Source: an uncultured Ignavibacteriaceae bacterium
GTDB lineage: Bacteria > Bacteroidota > Ignavibacteria > Ignavibacteriales > Ignavibacteriaceae
Direction of reading: 5' to 3'
Assembly (NCBI GenBank): GCA_963698525.1
Contig: CAVORE010000008.1
Span: 33,122-97,121, forward strand
Length of the DNA stretch: 64,000 bases
Shown here one piece after another: positions 1 to 9,600 of the stretch (position 1 is the stretch's first letter; each line of letters opens with the position of its first letter). The position numbers and the translations under genes are program-made. The notes under the pieces were generated by a model. The model was not told the origin of the DNA, ran no database searches, and saw only the letters and a program-made list of their open reading frames with translations.

Positions 1-445
1 CCCAGACTCTTGTTTTAGCAGCTTCCGTAGCTATCTGGAATCTATGTCTTGTGTCCATTAACTCTTTATAAATTTTATTTTTATAAAGAGCCATCTCAAC
101 TACTCTTGTAAATTCTTTTAATTCAATAGGCTTTATTAAATATCCGAAAGGTTCAGTTTTTTTTGCCCTTTGGAATGATTCATCATCTGAAAGTGAGGTG
201 AGAAAAATAACCGGGATCTGATAATTTTTCCTGATATAGTCTGCAGTTTCAACCCCATCCATAGAACCCATAATTTTTATATCCATCAGGATAATATCAG
301 GATTTAGAGCCGGAACTTTTTCAATAGCTTCTTCTCCTGATGTAACAGCGTCAACAATTTTATAACCTGCCCCTTTTAGCTGTTTCTCGATATACTTCGA
401 AACTATTTGCTCGTCTTCTACCAGTAATATTTTTATTGTTTCCAT
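1..445 (-). CDS. Response regulator, CheY-like receiver domain (N-terminal part; gene runs off the left edge)
   Basis: Reverse translation from ATG at 445-443 reads METIKILLVEDEQIVSKYIEKQLKGAGYKIVDAVTSGEEAIEKVPALNPDIILMDIKIMGSMDGVETADYIRKNYQIPVIFLTSLSDDESFQRAKKTEPFGYLIKPIELKEF... This has the acidic pair, the phospho-acceptor Asp in ILMDI, and the conserved T/S and K-P. The frame stays open to position 1. It is absent from the ORF track because there is no stop in the window. Confidence 0.8.
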   Translation of the reverse strand, partial: METIKILLVEDEQIVSKYIEKQLKGAGYKIVDAVTSGEEAIEKVPALNPDIILMDIKIMGSMDGVETADYIRKNYQIPVIFLTSLSDDESFQRAKKTEPFGYLIKPIELKEFTRVVEMALYKNKIYKELMDTRHRFQIATEAAKTRVW

Positions 446-530
446 TCCCCACATCTTAGATTTATTTTACAGACACAATTTAACTATTTAAAAATATAAT
501 TTTGGATCAGGTGAACTTATTTCGTTAAAA

Positions 531-1469
531 TTACCTGAACAGTGATATAGATGAATATTTTTTCGTCTCTGATAAACCTCTCAATCCTTGCAATCCACCG
601 GTATGGATGGCGATTATCCGGATTCCATTACTAAAAAACCCTTTGGATGAAAGGTCATAAATCCCATACAGCATCTTACCGGTATAAATTGGTTCTATTG
701 GAATTTTTGTAAGGTTAATAAATTTATTTACGAATTCAATGAGCGTGGAATCCAATTTTGCGTAACCTCCAAAATGGTAATCCAGATTTACATCCCAATT
801 ATTAAATGAATCGCTGCTGTTATTTTTTAATAAAGATCTAATCTCCTCTTTTAGAAAAGAAGCACCTTTTAACACCGCAAAGCCCAGCGCATTTTTTCTC
901 CCGTGCAATCCGGAAATTAAACCGGCTAAAGTTCCCCCGGTTCCGCAAGGGCAGCAAACGTAGTCGAAATCAATATCAATTTTATTGATGATTTCACTGC
1001 AACCCTTAACAGCAAAATCATTAGTGCCGCCTTCCGGAACAAGGTAAAATTCCCCGAATAATTTTTTAAGCTGAATAATGATTTCCGGAGAATATTTTTT
1101 TCTATATGATGTCCGATTTAGGTAATAAAGCTTCATCCCTTTCTCGGTTGCAAAAGAAAGGGTTGGATTTAATGGTAAATGTTTTTCACCCCTGATAATT
1201 CCGATTGTCTTGAAGTTGAAAATATTTCCGGCAGAAGCCACCGCATAAATATGATTGGAATAAGCGCCGCCAAAAGTAAGTATCGTGTTTTTACCCTGTC
1301 TGACTGCTTCCTGAAGATTGTATTTCAATTTATGCCATTTATTGCCTGACATAAATGGATGATTAAGGTCTTCTCTTTTAATGAATAAAGAAATTTTCCT
1401 TTCCTTTAAAAAAGGATCATTTACTTCTTCAACAGGAGTGTTTTCGTTTATGATTAGTGTATCTTCCAA
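531..1469 (-). CDS. PLP-dependent enzyme, ACC deaminase / D-cysteine desulfhydrase family
   Basis: 312-aa ORF. SGNKWHKLKYNL resembles the PLP-lysine motif of this fold-type II family. It also has GGAYSNH and a CPCGTGGT glycine-rich loop. Confidence 0.65.
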   Translation of the reverse strand: MEDTLIINENTPVEEVNDPFLKERKISLFIKREDLNHPFMSGNKWHKLKYNLQEAVRQGKNTILTFGGAYSNHIYAVASAGNIFNFKTIGIIRGEKHLPLNPTLSFATEKGMKLYYLNRTSYRKKYSPEIIIQLKKLFGEFYLVPEGGTNDFAVKGCSEIINKIDIDFDYVCCPCGTGGTLAGLISGLHGRKNALGFAVLKGASFLKEEIRSLLKNNSSDSFNNWDVNLDYHFGGYAKLDSTLIEFVNKFINLTKIPIEPIYTGKMLYGIYDLSSKGFFSNGIRIIAIHTGGLQGLRGLSETKKYSSISLFR

Positions 1470-1553
1470 ACTACAATGTATCTTTTATTCAACGACTAAA
1501 TTTATTTAATTATTTTTGTTATAGTAATATTTTTTAAGAACAGATAATGCGGT

Positions 1554-3131
1554 ATGAATAATAAAGAGTTTGAAGCGTTAAAAAAAGAGATTTCAGCCGA
1601 TGCGACACTCCTGCTTTCCCCGGATAAAATTATTGAACAGATAAAAATTTTTGAAAGGGGAATTACCTTTTTAAAACTTGTGAAACCTTGCATAATCGGT
1701 GATGGCGTAAAAGTAATTCCGCAAGCTGATCAAAAAGATTACATAAAGATTTTTATGTCGGCATTGGATGAAGGCAGGGTGATTAAATTTGTCCCGGCTT
1801 CAGGAGCTGCTACAAGAATGTTTAAGAAGCAATTGGCTGTGCTGACAAAGTTTGAAAATGTTAAGCTTGATGGAATAAAAGATTTATCTGAAAATGGAGA
1901 TGATGATTGCAAGGCAGCTTTGGAATTCTATAATAACATTCAACGCTTTGCATTCTACGATGCATTAAAAAGAATTGTTAAGGAATCTGGAAAAGAAATT
2001 GATGAACTTATTTCAAACGGAAACATTTCAGAAATAATTCGTTTGGTTACTGACGAAACCGGATTGAATTATGCAAATCTTCCAAAGGGTTGTATTCTTT
2101 TTCATTCTTATTCTGAAGGATCCAGAACGGCATTTGAAGAACAACTTGTCGAGGCGATTAATTATTCTGCTGGCAAAGATAAAATTGTGAATTTACACTT
2201 TACAATTTCGCCCGAGCACGAATCAGAAATAAAAATGTTATTCAGTTCTCTATGTGAAAAACACCGCAGTAAAGGCTGGAAGTTTAATGTTGGCTTTTCT
2301 TTTCAAAGTCCATCTACAGATACTATTTCAGTTACAATAGATAATAAGCCTTTCAAAGATGAAAATGGAAAAATTGTTTTCAGACCCGGAGGACACGGTG
2401 CTTTACTCAAGAATCTGAATGATCTCAAAGCCGATATTATAACAGTTAAAAATATTGATAACATTGTTCCAGATTATTTAAGTGACGAGACTTACAAATA
2501 CAAAAAAATTCTTGGCGGTTATCTTATTTCATTGCAGCAGCAAGTTTTTAACTTCCTCAGAATTCTTGAAAAGAAAAAAGTTGATGACAAATCAATTATT
2601 CAAACTATAAACTTTATAAAAGATGAGTTTGATACTGATTTAACTATTAATCTGAAAGAAAAATCAGCAAAGGAAAAGCAGAGGCATCTTTTTGATTATC
2701 TCAATCGTCCGATCCGAGTATGCGGAATGGTAAAAAGAGAAGATCATCCCGGCGGAAGTCCTTTTTGGGTAGAAAGTAAAAATGGCGAACTGACAAAGCA
2801 AATAGTTGAAACTGATCAGGTGGATGTTTCAGATCCGGCTCAATATAAAATTTTTAACAAAGGAACTCATTTTAACCCGGTTGATCTTGTTTGTGGTGTA
2901 AAGGATTTCAAAGGAGATCATATTAATCTTGAAAAATTCTCTAATCCTGAAACAGGATTGATCACACAAAAATCTAAGGATGGTAAAGAGTTGAAAGCTC
3001 TTGAGCTGCCTGGTTTGTGGAATGGAGGAATGTATTTCTGGTTAACGGTTTTTGTGGAGGTTCCAAAAATTACTTTTAATCCGGTTAAGGAAGTGAACGA
3101 TTTGTTAAAGCCGGAACATCAGCCATTATAG
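1554..3131 (+). CDS. DUF4301-like protein with UDP-sugar-pyrophosphorylase-like motifs
   Basis: 525-aa ORF. PASGAATRMFK and FRPGGHGAL resemble the nucleotide-binding loops of UDPGP-type nucleotidyltransferases. The size is typical of the Bacteroidota DUF4301 family. The family name is from memory and not verified. Confidence 0.4.
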   Translation: MNNKEFEALKKEISADATLLLSPDKIIEQIKIFERGITFLKLVKPCIIGDGVKVIPQADQKDYIKIFMSALDEGRVIKFVPASGAATRMFKKQLAVLTKFENVKLDGIKDLSENGDDDCKAALEFYNNIQRFAFYDALKRIVKESGKEIDELISNGNISEIIRLVTDETGLNYANLPKGCILFHSYSEGSRTAFEEQLVEAINYSAGKDKIVNLHFTISPEHESEIKMLFSSLCEKHRSKGWKFNVGFSFQSPSTDTISVTIDNKPFKDENGKIVFRPGGHGALLKNLNDLKADIITVKNIDNIVPDYLSDETYKYKKILGGYLISLQQQVFNFLRILEKKKVDDKSIIQTINFIKDEFDTDLTINLKEKSAKEKQRHLFDYLNRPIRVCGMVKREDHPGGSPFWVESKNGELTKQIVETDQVDVSDPAQYKIFNKGTHFNPVDLVCGVKDFKGDHINLEKFSNPETGLITQKSKDGKELKALELPGLWNGGMYFWLTVFVEVPKITFNPVKEVNDLLKPEHQPL

Positions 3132-3144
3132 CGATAATAAAGTG

Positions 3145-3173
3145 GATCACCCCACGTGGCAAATGGGGTGATC
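3145..3173. terminator. GC-rich hairpin between convergent genes
   Basis: gatcacccca (3145-3154) pairs perfectly with tggggtgatc (3164-3173) around a 9-nt loop. It lies between the stop of 1554-3131 (+) and the stop of 3191-3496 (-). A U-rich tract is seen only on the minus-strand reading. Confidence 0.55.
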
Positions 3174-3190
3174 GCACAGGAGGGCGTTAT

Positions 3191-3496
3191 CTAGTTAGCT
3201 AAACTTTTCGGCGGATTGTGAACAATTTTTCTTATTGTATCAAATTGAAGGTAAGGATATTCTTCCCTGATTGAATCAATTGCGTCTCCGGTTCTAAGTT
3301 TTTGTGCACGCAATGATTTGAATTTTTTCCTTATGATGTAATCTCTCACGGCTCTATCGTTTATTAATCCCTTTGATAGAAGCAGATCATAAATTTCATC
3401 ACTGATTAAATCCGATATTGGATTGCTCAGCTCTTTTTTTGTGATTGTAGTTTCCATTTGCGCACCCTTTTTGGTTATTGAATTATCCAGGCACAA
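3191..3496 (-). CDS. Small hypothetical protein (start more likely at the internal METTITKK, about 3457)
   Basis: 101-aa ORF with no motif I recognise. It sits downstream of the two-component pair on the same strand. Confidence 0.35.
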   Translation of the reverse strand: MCLDNSITKKGAQMETTITKKELSNPISDLISDEIYDLLLSKGLINDRAVRDYIIRKKFKSLRAQKLRTGDAIDSIREEYPYLQFDTIRKIVHNPPKSLAN

Positions 3497-3650
3497 ATTG
3501 AGATTTTTAGATTCAGTTAAATGAGTGTTCTTAATCTCTGGGTTTAAACTAGCAGAATAGCTTCAGAAATCAATTACATGATTATGTAATTATTTTGTTA
3601 TTTGGTGAGAAGATCATTTCGACACTACATATCTATGTAGGTGCCTGGTA

Positions 3651-4289
3651 CTAAATGATTTTTTTTCGGATGGCTTTTGCCACTGCTTCAGACTGCGTGT
3701 GGACATGAAGCTTTTTGTAAATGTTTTTAATATGATGACGAACTGTATCAACACTTATAAATAGTTGATCGGCTATTTGCTGGTAGTTATTTCCGCCGGC
3801 GAGAAGATTTATTACTTCCTTTTCTCTCGCACTTAATTCAAACTCCTGTTTGTCGTCTTTAAGATCATTTGATTCTTTGAATGCTGTAATTACCTGTCTT
3901 GCAATCTGACTGCTCATCGGCGAACCGCCTTCATTAACTTCCTTAATTGCTTCCAGAAGTTTGGATGGCGGAGTTTTTTTCACGAGATAACCACAAGCTC
4001 CGGCGCAAAGCGCATCAAAAACTTTTTCGCTATCCTCATAAATTGTGAGCATAAGAATATCAGTATCCGGTTTTATTTTTTTAGCCTCTTTTACTCCTTC
4101 AATTCCATTCATTCCGGGCAACGCAATATCCATCAATACAACATTAACATCGAGTGACGAAAGTTTTGCAAGAAAACTTTCGCAATCTCTGAACAAGCCT
4201 ATACTTTGATATCCGGCTGTCCCATTAATCAGAGCTGCTAAACCCTCTCTGATCGTATCATTATCTTCAACTATGGCTACATTAATCAT
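3651..4289 (-). CDS. NarL/LuxR-family response regulator (REC + HTH)
   Basis: INVAIVEDND...VVLMDIALPGMNG...K receiver domain. The C-terminal region LSAREKEVINLLAGGNNYQQIADQLFISVDTVRHHIKNIYKKL is a LuxR-type HTH. Confidence 0.9.
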   Translation of the reverse strand: MINVAIVEDNDTIREGLAALINGTAGYQSIGLFRDCESFLAKLSSLDVNVVLMDIALPGMNGIEGVKEAKKIKPDTDILMLTIYEDSEKVFDALCAGACGYLVKKTPPSKLLEAIKEVNEGGSPMSSQIARQVITAFKESNDLKDDKQEFELSAREKEVINLLAGGNNYQQIADQLFISVDTVRHHIKNIYKKLHVHTQSEAVAKAIRKKII

Positions 4290-4305
4290 TTTTAGTTTAA
4301 CAAAA

Positions 4306-7300
4306 TTATTTTAGAAGTGATTTTAACCTGTTCAATCTGCCGAGCTTTCCTGAAAAAATTACTGTAGTGCTTTTACCGATTTCGGTTTTCCAGCTCAGCT
4401 TTCCTTTTATTTTATTTGCCCGGTTCTCCATATTCCTGATTCCATTACCAAACTTAACTTTATTTAAATCAAATCCTGCACCGTCATCTTTAAGAATAAT
4501 TTCGATTATATCATTTTTATAAAAAGCTTCAAGTACTAATTTCTTACATCCACTGTGTTTTATTGCATTATTGATTGCCTCTTTGAACATCAGAAGAAGA
4601 TTCTGTTTATATTCCATCGGAAGTTTTATGTCATCACTTTTTTCAATATTATTAACCTGGAATGAAATTCCAATCGAACTGAAGAATTCATTATATGAAT
4701 CTTTCAGTTTTACGATAAGATCATGAAGTGAATCTCTTTGTGGATTTACAACCCAAACTATATCACTCATTGAATCAACCAACTGCCGTGCGGTTTCACT
4801 GATTTTTTGCAGATCCTTTTTGGCAACCGTACTTGAATGAGCATCGCTTCTCTCAGCAACTTCACTAAGAATTGAAATTTCAGTTAAGCCCGAGCCAATG
4901 TTATCGTGCAGGTCGGAAGCAATTTTTAGTTTCAACTTTTCAATTTCAAGCTGGCTCTTCACCCTGCTGGTTCCAATGTAGTAAATGAAAAAGACAACTG
5001 TCAATACAACCAGTGTAACGAACCACCAGGTTTCCCAAAACGGCGGATTGATAATTATTTTTATTGAAGCCGGATTCTCATTCCATATTCCATCTTCGTT
5101 AGTTCCTTTAACTAAAAATGTAAATTCTCCTGATGGGAGATTTGTATACGTTGCAGTTCTGCCGGTACCATCCGTTGATATCCAGGTTTCCTGAAAGCCC
5201 TGAAGAATGTAGCTGTATTTGTTTTGCTTTGGAATGGAAAAGTCGAGTGCGGAGAATTCTATCGAAACAAAATTCTGATCGTGGGATAAAATTAATTCTT
5301 CCGGTTCTCCTTTAATTCTCACATCCATTACTTTTATGTCGCTAATTACAATTGAAGGAACAAATTGATTAATAGCAACACTATCAGGATGAAAGTAGTT
5401 AAATCCATTTATGCCGCCGAAATACATCATACCATCTGCATCCTTGAAGTACGCTCCTCCGCTGAATTCCAGACTTTGAACTCCATCTTCAATTCCAAAT
5501 TGAGTAAATCTTTCTGTAGCCGTATCAAAAAGAAAAATTCCATCATCAGTACTCAGCCATAAATTTGAGTTACTATCTTCAAGTATTCCATATACGACTG
5601 CACTACTCAAGCCCTGAGCCATCGAAAAATTTTGAAATGAATTTGTTGAGGTGTTTAGTTTATTCAATCCCCCTCCTGAAGTTCCTACCCAGGAAGTATT
5701 ATCCGACGATATTAACAGAGAAAGAATCTTATCATTCAACGCTGCCCGGGAATTTTCAGAATCGGAAAAAGCTGCACTAAACTTTCCGGTATTTTCATCA
5801 AACTTGTTCAGACCTCCGCCATACGTTCCAACCAAAAATTTTTTATTTTCAACTTTTAAAATTGTGTAAACACGATCATCCGAAAGTGAAGAAGGATCAG
5901 ATGGATTATGACTGTATGCTTTAAATTGGGGTACTCCGGAAGTATTCTCTGAAAATGAAAGCTCATTTAACCCACCTCCAAACGTTGCAACCCAAATTTT
6001 ATTTTCGGATTCTATAAAAATATCGAGCACCTGGTTAGCCGAAAGTGAGTTGCTATCTTCCGGTACATTTTTAAATAAATCTATCTTACCGGTGATGCTA
6101 TTAATTCTGTTTAACCCTCCGCTGTAAGTCCCGATCCAGATATTTCCGAATTTATCTTCAGCTATTGATCTGATATGGTTATCACTGATTTCAAATTTTT
6201 TGCTGCCAGATTTTTTATAAATCTGTCGCTGCTTTGTTTTGAAGTTTAGAACATTTAAACCACCTCTGTATGTTCCGACCCAAAGATTTTCTTTACTATC
6301 CTTGAATAAAGACCAGACTACATCATCGTTGAGCTTTAGACTACCGGTTGATTTGCTATTGATAATACCAAATTTCAATTTAAATTTTTGAATTTTTGTA
6401 ACGCCTTCACCAAGATGTGAGCCGGCCCATAATATTCCGGATCTGTCAACAAAAAGTGAAAGTATTTCGACATCAGGAAAAACATTTTGCGGCGAAGAGA
6501 TTTTACTGAAATTTATAAAACTATCATCGCTGATATTGAATCTGTCAATTCCACCGCCGAATGTTCCAACCCATAAATATCCATCCGGATTCTGCTGAAT
6601 AGCCATCACCGTGTTATTTGAAAGATTACTATTCTTTTGATTATAACTAATGAACTTAGCTTCGTCTGGAGGGAGTTTATTATTGAATGAATCAAGTTTA
6701 TTCAGTCCGCCGTAGAAAGTACCGATCCAGATGTTTTGGTCTTTATCTTCAAAAAGAGTAATTGTTTTATTGTCACTAAGTGAGTTTTTATTTTTTTTAT
6801 CTGATGTATAATGGAGAAAACTTGCTGGTTTTGAATTTTCCTGGTGACGTTCAGCAGATTCATCCTGATTCAACTTGTTTAACCCGCCTCCAAAAGTTGC
6901 AATCCATATATCACTATTTGTGTTTAATAAAATATCAAGTATTCTATTTGAACTTAAGCTTGTTGGATTATCCTTATCGTATGAAATATGTTTGCCTGTT
7001 TTATTTTTCCGGTCGAATTTTACTATACCGTTTCCCCAGGTTCCTATCCATAAAAATCCTTCGTTGTCTTCAGTTATTGATGTAATTGTATTTATCTGAT
7101 TACGCGAGAAAGCAAGAGGGTATTCATAAAAATTTGTGTCGGGATTTTTTGTCGATGAGAAAAAATCGCTCGCAAAATATCTTTTGAAATCTTCGGTCTT
7201 CCTGTCAAAACAATTAAAATATCCATTTACAGTTCCCACCCAGATAAATCCTTCACTATCTTCGTAAAGTGCTGAGATAAAATTATCGGAGATTGAAGTA

Positions 7301-7551
7301 TTGTCAGATGGGTTATTTACGTAAACTCTGAACTGATAGCCATCATAGCGGTTAAGTCCATCAATTGTTCCAAGCCACAAATAACCCTGCTGATCTTGTA
7401 ACATCGCAAAAATAGTACTTTGTGAAAGCCCGTCTGCATCAGTAAATTGTTTGAAGATATATTCTTCAGTCTGAGGAAATGAAGAGATGGAAAGGAATAA
7501 AAACAGTATTACTTTTATAATGTTCATAGAATTAGAAGAAGTATCATCCAT
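4306..7551 (-). CDS. Hybrid-architecture sensor histidine kinase: signal peptide, two-component-regulator beta-propeller repeats + Y_Y_Y region, TM, HisKA_3/HATPase
   Basis: 1081 aa. It has many repeats of the type W(I/V)GT.GGGLN..., a TM segment WWFVTLVVLTVVFFIYY, then SDLHDNIGSGLTEI (H-box of the NarX/DesK type) and an ATPase region with NNAIKHSG...DDGAGF...GNGIRNM. It ends 17 nt upstream of its cognate regulator. Confidence 0.9.
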   Translation of the reverse strand: MDDTSSNSMNIIKVILFLFLSISSFPQTEEYIFKQFTDADGLSQSTIFAMLQDQQGYLWLGTIDGLNRYDGYQFRVYVNNPSDNTSISDNFISALYEDSEGFIWVGTVNGYFNCFDRKTEDFKRYFASDFFSSTKNPDTNFYEYPLAFSRNQINTITSITEDNEGFLWIGTWGNGIVKFDRKNKTGKHISYDKDNPTSLSSNRILDILLNTNSDIWIATFGGGLNKLNQDESAERHQENSKPASFLHYTSDKKNKNSLSDNKTITLFEDKDQNIWIGTFYGGLNKLDSFNNKLPPDEAKFISYNQKNSNLSNNTVMAIQQNPDGYLWVGTFGGGIDRFNISDDSFINFSKISSPQNVFPDVEILSLFVDRSGILWAGSHLGEGVTKIQKFKLKFGIINSKSTGSLKLNDDVVWSLFKDSKENLWVGTYRGGLNVLNFKTKQRQIYKKSGSKKFEISDNHIRSIAEDKFGNIWIGTYSGGLNRINSITGKIDLFKNVPEDSNSLSANQVLDIFIESENKIWVATFGGGLNELSFSENTSGVPQFKAYSHNPSDPSSLSDDRVYTILKVENKKFLVGTYGGGLNKFDENTGKFSAAFSDSENSRAALNDKILSLLISSDNTSWVGTSGGGLNKLNTSTNSFQNFSMAQGLSSAVVYGILEDSNSNLWLSTDDGIFLFDTATERFTQFGIEDGVQSLEFSGGAYFKDADGMMYFGGINGFNYFHPDSVAINQFVPSIVISDIKVMDVRIKGEPEELILSHDQNFVSIEFSALDFSIPKQNKYSYILQGFQETWISTDGTGRTATYTNLPSGEFTFLVKGTNEDGIWNENPASIKIIINPPFWETWWFVTLVVLTVVFFIYYIGTSRVKSQLEIEKLKLKIASDLHDNIGSGLTEISILSEVAERSDAHSSTVAKKDLQKISETARQLVDSMSDIVWVVNPQRDSLHDLIVKLKDSYNEFFSSIGISFQVNNIEKSDDIKLPMEYKQNLLLMFKEAINNAIKHSGCKKLVLEAFYKNDIIEIILKDDGAGFDLNKVKFGNGIRNMENRANKIKGKLSWKTEIGKSTTVIFSGKLGRLNRLKSLLK

Positions 7552-7832
7552 ATTTCTCTTAGGCGAAATATAGTAAATTGAATCATCATTTTAATTATAA
7601 CTTAGCTACGTATAGTTTGGGTTTCAATGAACTTTCATTTTGTACAACTTAGTGACTTAGCGTCTTTGTGGCTTAATTTCTTACTTATTTGTTTGCTACG
7701 AAACTGCCTGCCGGCAAGGCAGGGTCACAAAGAAATCATCAAATGCGTAAGGTTAATTATAATAAAAAATTGCTCATGTAGCTTTACACATTAAATTAAT
7801 TGATTGCAACATTATTTTTTTAACAAAAACGT

Positions 7833-8879
7833 ATGAGAAAAAAACTATCAGTCGAAACTATCAGACGTTTTTCTTCTGAAAAGTTTCATAAAATTTATTC
7901 TTTACCAATTGTAATTCTAATGCCTCACAGCAGATGTAATTGCCGTTGCGTGATGTGTGATATCTGGAAAGGGAATAATAATGTAAAGCAACTCGAAGAA
8001 AGCGATATTGAAAAATTATTAGTCTCAATGCACAGGTTGAACACAAAAATTATTGTTATGTCTGGTGGTGAAGCTCTTATGCATCCTAATTTCTTTAGGC
8101 TGTGCGAAATAATTAAAGCACAAAAAATTAAAATTACTCTACTATCTACCGGTTTGCTTTTGAAGAAATACGCTTCCGAGATTTTTTCAAAGACTGATGA
8201 AGTTATAGTTTCATTGGATGGTTCAAAAGAAGTGCACGATAAAATTAGGAACATTCCAAACGCTTTTGATAAATTGAAAGAAGGAGTGCAGGAGTTAAAA
8301 AAAATAAATCAGAAATTTAAAGTAACGGCACGCTGCGTAATTCAAAAAGAAAATTTTGAAGACTTTCCAAACATAGTTGATGCTGCAAAAGAAATAGGAC
8401 TTGATCAAATCAGTTTTCTAACTGCTGATGTTACAACCGATGCGTTTAACCGACCCGAATTATGGGATGATCAAAAAGTTGGTGAAGTTAAATTATCCCG
8501 AGATGAATTACCAAAGTTTAAAGAGATCATTGAATCACTAATAACTACGTACGCGAATGATTTCAAAACAAATTTCATTGCTGAATCACCCGATAAAATA
8601 AGACGATTTTACCATTACTATGCGGCGTATTATAGTGAGAGCAAATTTCCGAAGATGAAGTGTAATGCCCCGTGGGTTTCGGTTGTAATAGAAGCGGATG
8701 GAAGTGTGCGTCCTTGTTTCTTTCATCACGTAATTGGTGATATCAGGGAAAATTCTCTGGCTGAAATTATAAATTCAGAAAAATCAATATCATTCAGAAA
8801 AAATCTTGATGTTGCTACTAATTCAATCTGCGAGAAGTGTGTCTGTTATCTTAATCTTTCTCCGTTCGCAAAGTTATAA
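7833..8879 (+). CDS. Radical SAM enzyme with SPASM/twitch-type C-terminal Cys motif
   Basis: HSRCNCRCVMCDIW contains CxxxCxxC. The C-terminal CNAPWVSVVIEADGSVRPC (GxxxxC) plus CEKCVC match an auxiliary-cluster domain. Confidence 0.8.
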   Translation: MRKKLSVETIRRFSSEKFHKIYSLPIVILMPHSRCNCRCVMCDIWKGNNNVKQLEESDIEKLLVSMHRLNTKIIVMSGGEALMHPNFFRLCEIIKAQKIKITLLSTGLLLKKYASEIFSKTDEVIVSLDGSKEVHDKIRNIPNAFDKLKEGVQELKKINQKFKVTARCVIQKENFEDFPNIVDAAKEIGLDQISFLTADVTTDAFNRPELWDDQKVGEVKLSRDELPKFKEIIESLITTYANDFKTNFIAESPDKIRRFYHYYAAYYSESKFPKMKCNAPWVSVVIEADGSVRPCFFHHVIGDIRENSLAEIINSEKSISFRKNLDVATNSICEKCVCYLNLSPFAKL

Positions 8880-8916
8880 CGGCAGTACTCTTCTTCTAAA
8901 CCCGTACTACCTGGTA

Positions 8917-9600
8917 CTATTCGCTGTTGCTTTTAATGCTAAATATAAAATGATTTTCTCCCCACGTTTTTTTATGAATCACTTCTTCCATCCTAAAATT
9001 AAATTCTTCGGCAATTGAATTTATCATTTCCAGATCAGCTTCATCTGATAGCACCATAATTACATTTGTGTTCTCGTAAATATTTGTTCTAAGCTGATCA
9101 AACAATTTTCTGAAATACTGAAAATCATCTCCTCCATACCAGGCAAATTCTTTTTCACTCGCTGGAGTTCTTTTGTAGTAAGGCGGGTTGATAATTATAT
9201 AGTCATATCGCCTTTGTGGTATATCATCAAAAAGATCTGAGTGAACTACTTCAACATTTGCATTCGTCATCTTTACATTTTTCTCGATATTATAAACTGC
9301 AGTAAGACTTATATCGGATGCAGTAACATATCCACCTTTATTTGCCGTAATAATTGAAATCAATCCTGTACCAGCACCAAGTTCGAGAACATATTTTTTC
9401 TGAAATTCTAAATTCTCAATATAACCGAGCAGAAGTTTTGTGCTGAAGAAAAAACCCGGATGAAAAACTCCCGGAAATACTGTGACAGTTGCCCCTTTGT
9501 AACTGTAGCTTCTTTCTTTTGACAAATACTTTTCTGATGCGGGATATAGAATTCTGAAGGCAATACTTTTTAATAAACTTTTCTTTTTTTGAGGTTTCAT
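8917..9600 (-). CDS. Class I SAM-dependent methyltransferase, NPPY (HemK/RsmC-like small-domain) type
   Basis: VLELGAGTGLISI (motif I) and IIINPPYY (motif IV). Its start overlaps the stop of the upstream radical SAM ORF by 4 nt. Confidence 0.8.
   Translation of the reverse strand: MKPQKKKSLLKSIAFRILYPASEKYLSKERSYSYKGATVTVFPGVFHPGFFFSTKLLLGYIENLEFQKKYVLELGAGTGLISIITANKGGYVTASDISLTAVYNIEKNVKMTNANVEVVHSDLFDDIPQRRYDYIIINPPYYKRTPASEKEFAWYGGDDFQYFRKLFDQLRTNIYENTNVIMVLSDEADLEMINSIAEEFNFRMEEVIHKKTWGENHFIFSIKSNSE

Noticed and set aside
1502-1693. 63-aa minus-strand ORF overlapping the start of the DUF4301-like gene
   Set aside because: It overlaps a much longer, better supported ORF on the other strand, and its hydrophobic, low-complexity sequence looks spurious.
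3572-3591. AT-only palindrome aattacat-gatt-atgtaatt between the regulator gene and the small downstream ORF
   Set aside because: The 8-bp stem is all A/T, so it is too weak to call a terminator or operator without further evidence.
4985-7099. Seven plus-strand ORFs of 60-101 aa inside the sensor kinase gene
   Set aside because: They lie entirely antisense to a 1081-aa ORF with clear domain content. They are low-complexity and have no motifs, which is typical of shadow ORFs in AT-rich DNA.
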